DNA of 61,874 nt, filler included, from Theionarchaea archaeon (GTDB taxonomy: Archaea; Methanobacteriota_B; Thermococci; Methanofastidiosales; SZ-28-30): the NCBI GenBank assembly GCA_018992565.1. It is 3 parts of 3 records of this genome, joined end to end, with 100 filler letters (N's around TTAATTAATTAA, not from the genome) between each part and the next. Parts side by side here need not be neighbours in the genome. Positions count along the whole stretch, not along the records: positions 46,620 to 61,874 come from JACVGW010000006.1; 2 more parts are not named here. One strand, written 5' to 3'. The position numbers were made by a program, and so were the translations under genes. Each line of letters starts with the position of its first letter. The stretch's first letter is position 1. A model generated the notes under the pieces. The model had not been told where the DNA came from, ran no database searches, and worked only from the letters and a program-made list of their open reading frames with translations. Shown here one piece after another: positions 60,678 to 61,874 of the stretch.

Positions 60678-61385
60678 ACTCTGGTTCATTTTGATGCACA
60701 CAGTGATATGGATTGTGTGATAGGAGATTATTATGAGCAGTGGTTGGCCACCTATCAACGGGGCCCAGAAGACGTTGAAGGAGTGACCAATGCTACGTTT
60801 GTTTCTGCAGCAGTTACCGAAGGACTCGTTACAGAAATCTGGTGGGTTCTGCCCGATTACCTCTACTGGAGCGAACGGTTCGACTGCATAGAGACCTTTA
60901 TCAGCAATGGAGAACCTCGCACCTTCTACAAGTATGTCAAGTATTGTGACTGCCAAGAGGAAAACAATCATGTAGTGTGCACATTGATGCAGGTCCACAC
61001 AGTGGCTCCACCTCTCCTCACTCTTGATATGTATGAGAAAACTGAAGCACGCGTCCACTTCGTCACCATTGGGATGCTGCCTCAGTTTGAGGAAGAGGTT
61101 CTCCTGGATGTAGATACAGACTACTTCATCAACAGACTTGACATTGACAGGTACCCTGATTACTTCTATAACCAGGGCGAAATAACTCCCTGGATTACAA
61201 TTGAGAGATTCATGCGTGTGTTACATAGAATACGCATCCGTTCCCGAGTTGCTACTGTCGCCGTGAGTCCATATTACACCCATGAGGAATATCACTACCT
61301 TTCCAATGTGGTGGCTGATGAGCTGGACAGATACCTCTCCTTCCTGTATCCTACCAGAATTACAGGGCGATTTCAGGTAGAATGA
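60678..61385 (+). CDS. Arginase/deacetylase-fold protein (UPF0489-like), 5' truncated
   Basis: LVHFDAHSDM immediately after gap; LDVDTDYF; VAVSPYY. Confidence 0.75.
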   Translation, partial: TLVHFDAHSDMDCVIGDYYEQWLATYQRGPEDVEGVTNATFVSAAVTEGLVTEIWWVLPDYLYWSERFDCIETFISNGEPRTFYKYVKYCDCQEENNHVVCTLMQVHTVAPPLLTLDMYEKTEARVHFVTIGMLPQFEEEVLLDVDTDYFINRLDIDRYPDYFYNQGEITPWITIERFMRVLHRIRIRSRVATVAVSPYYTHEEYHYLSNVVADELDRYLSFLYPTRITGRFQVE

Positions 61386-61734
61386 ACCCACACTATCTTA
61401 TTCAGCTTTGTCTCTCAGGAGATTGGGGTTCTCTCAATTATCCACCGAGTTTCCAGCAGAACTAGACCTTTTCGATTTACGGTGGATAATAAAGAAAAGG
61501 ACATGATAGTAAGGGAGGTCTCACAGGGTTCAACCTAAATGACTCCCAGAATCCCAGAGCCTCAATGTCGGGAGCCTCTGTTTGCGTACGCCTGGAGGGT
61601 TTAAGTGAACATAAGAAGTGGCTGACATAGTAATTCTTGCTATAATACTTCTTAGAAGTGCAGATGAAATTCATGGAAAAGGAGTAAAAGAGAAAAAAAG
61701 GAAAGGGGAAAGGAAAAAGAAGGATGTAAACAAA

Positions 61735-61874
61735 TCAGGGGAACACTCCTCTGTAGCCGTAGACTTCAGCAATCCTTTCAATGGCAACAACATAAGCAGC
61801 AGTCCTCAGAGATATTTTCTTCTCCTGTGCTTTCATCCACACTTTGTCAAACATTGCTACAAGCCGTTTTTCCA
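61735..61874 (-). CDS. Glutamate dehydrogenase family, C-terminal fragment
   Basis: ...ISLRTAAYVVAIERIAEVYGYRGVFP* runs in from window edge. Confidence 0.85.
   Translation of the reverse strand, partial: EKRLVAMFDKVWMKAQEKKISLRTAAYVVAIERIAEVYGYRGVFP

Overview
Archaeal genomic window (aIF-2beta, NMD3, DGGGP synthase, class I CCA enzyme, LonB, PINA, Sec11-type signal peptidases, an intron-containing tRNA, BRE/TATA promoters). It is probably from an anaerobic euryarchaeon of the Thermococci/Theionarchaea neighbourhood (inference). Three N-gaps, two carrying a TTAATTAATTAA linker, split it into four pieces, so adjacency across gaps is unreliable. The main result is a candidate archaeal RiPP system at 10.3-18.2 kb (minus strand): 2 GNAT genes, an MFS transporter, a stand-alone PqqD/RRE, four tandem radical SAM/SPASM enzymes (one with a non-canonical CX2CX3C motif), and two separately promoted 24/25-aa precursor genes missing from the ORF track (MEPRVEDYLDATCVASTGGKME-YL / -IYA). 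Two more rSAM/SPASM peptide-maturation loci are present. One (23.4-27.3 kb) has an RRE-fused M50-like peptidase and an MFS. The other (51.0-52.6 kb) has a convergent 42-aa CxxGxDVC-repeat peptide. Also notable are a tRNA-Arg(CCT) whose 63-nt intron looks like a box C/D guide RNA, a 7-gene O2-detoxification operon, citDEF-like lyase genes and several small proteins missed by the ORF track.
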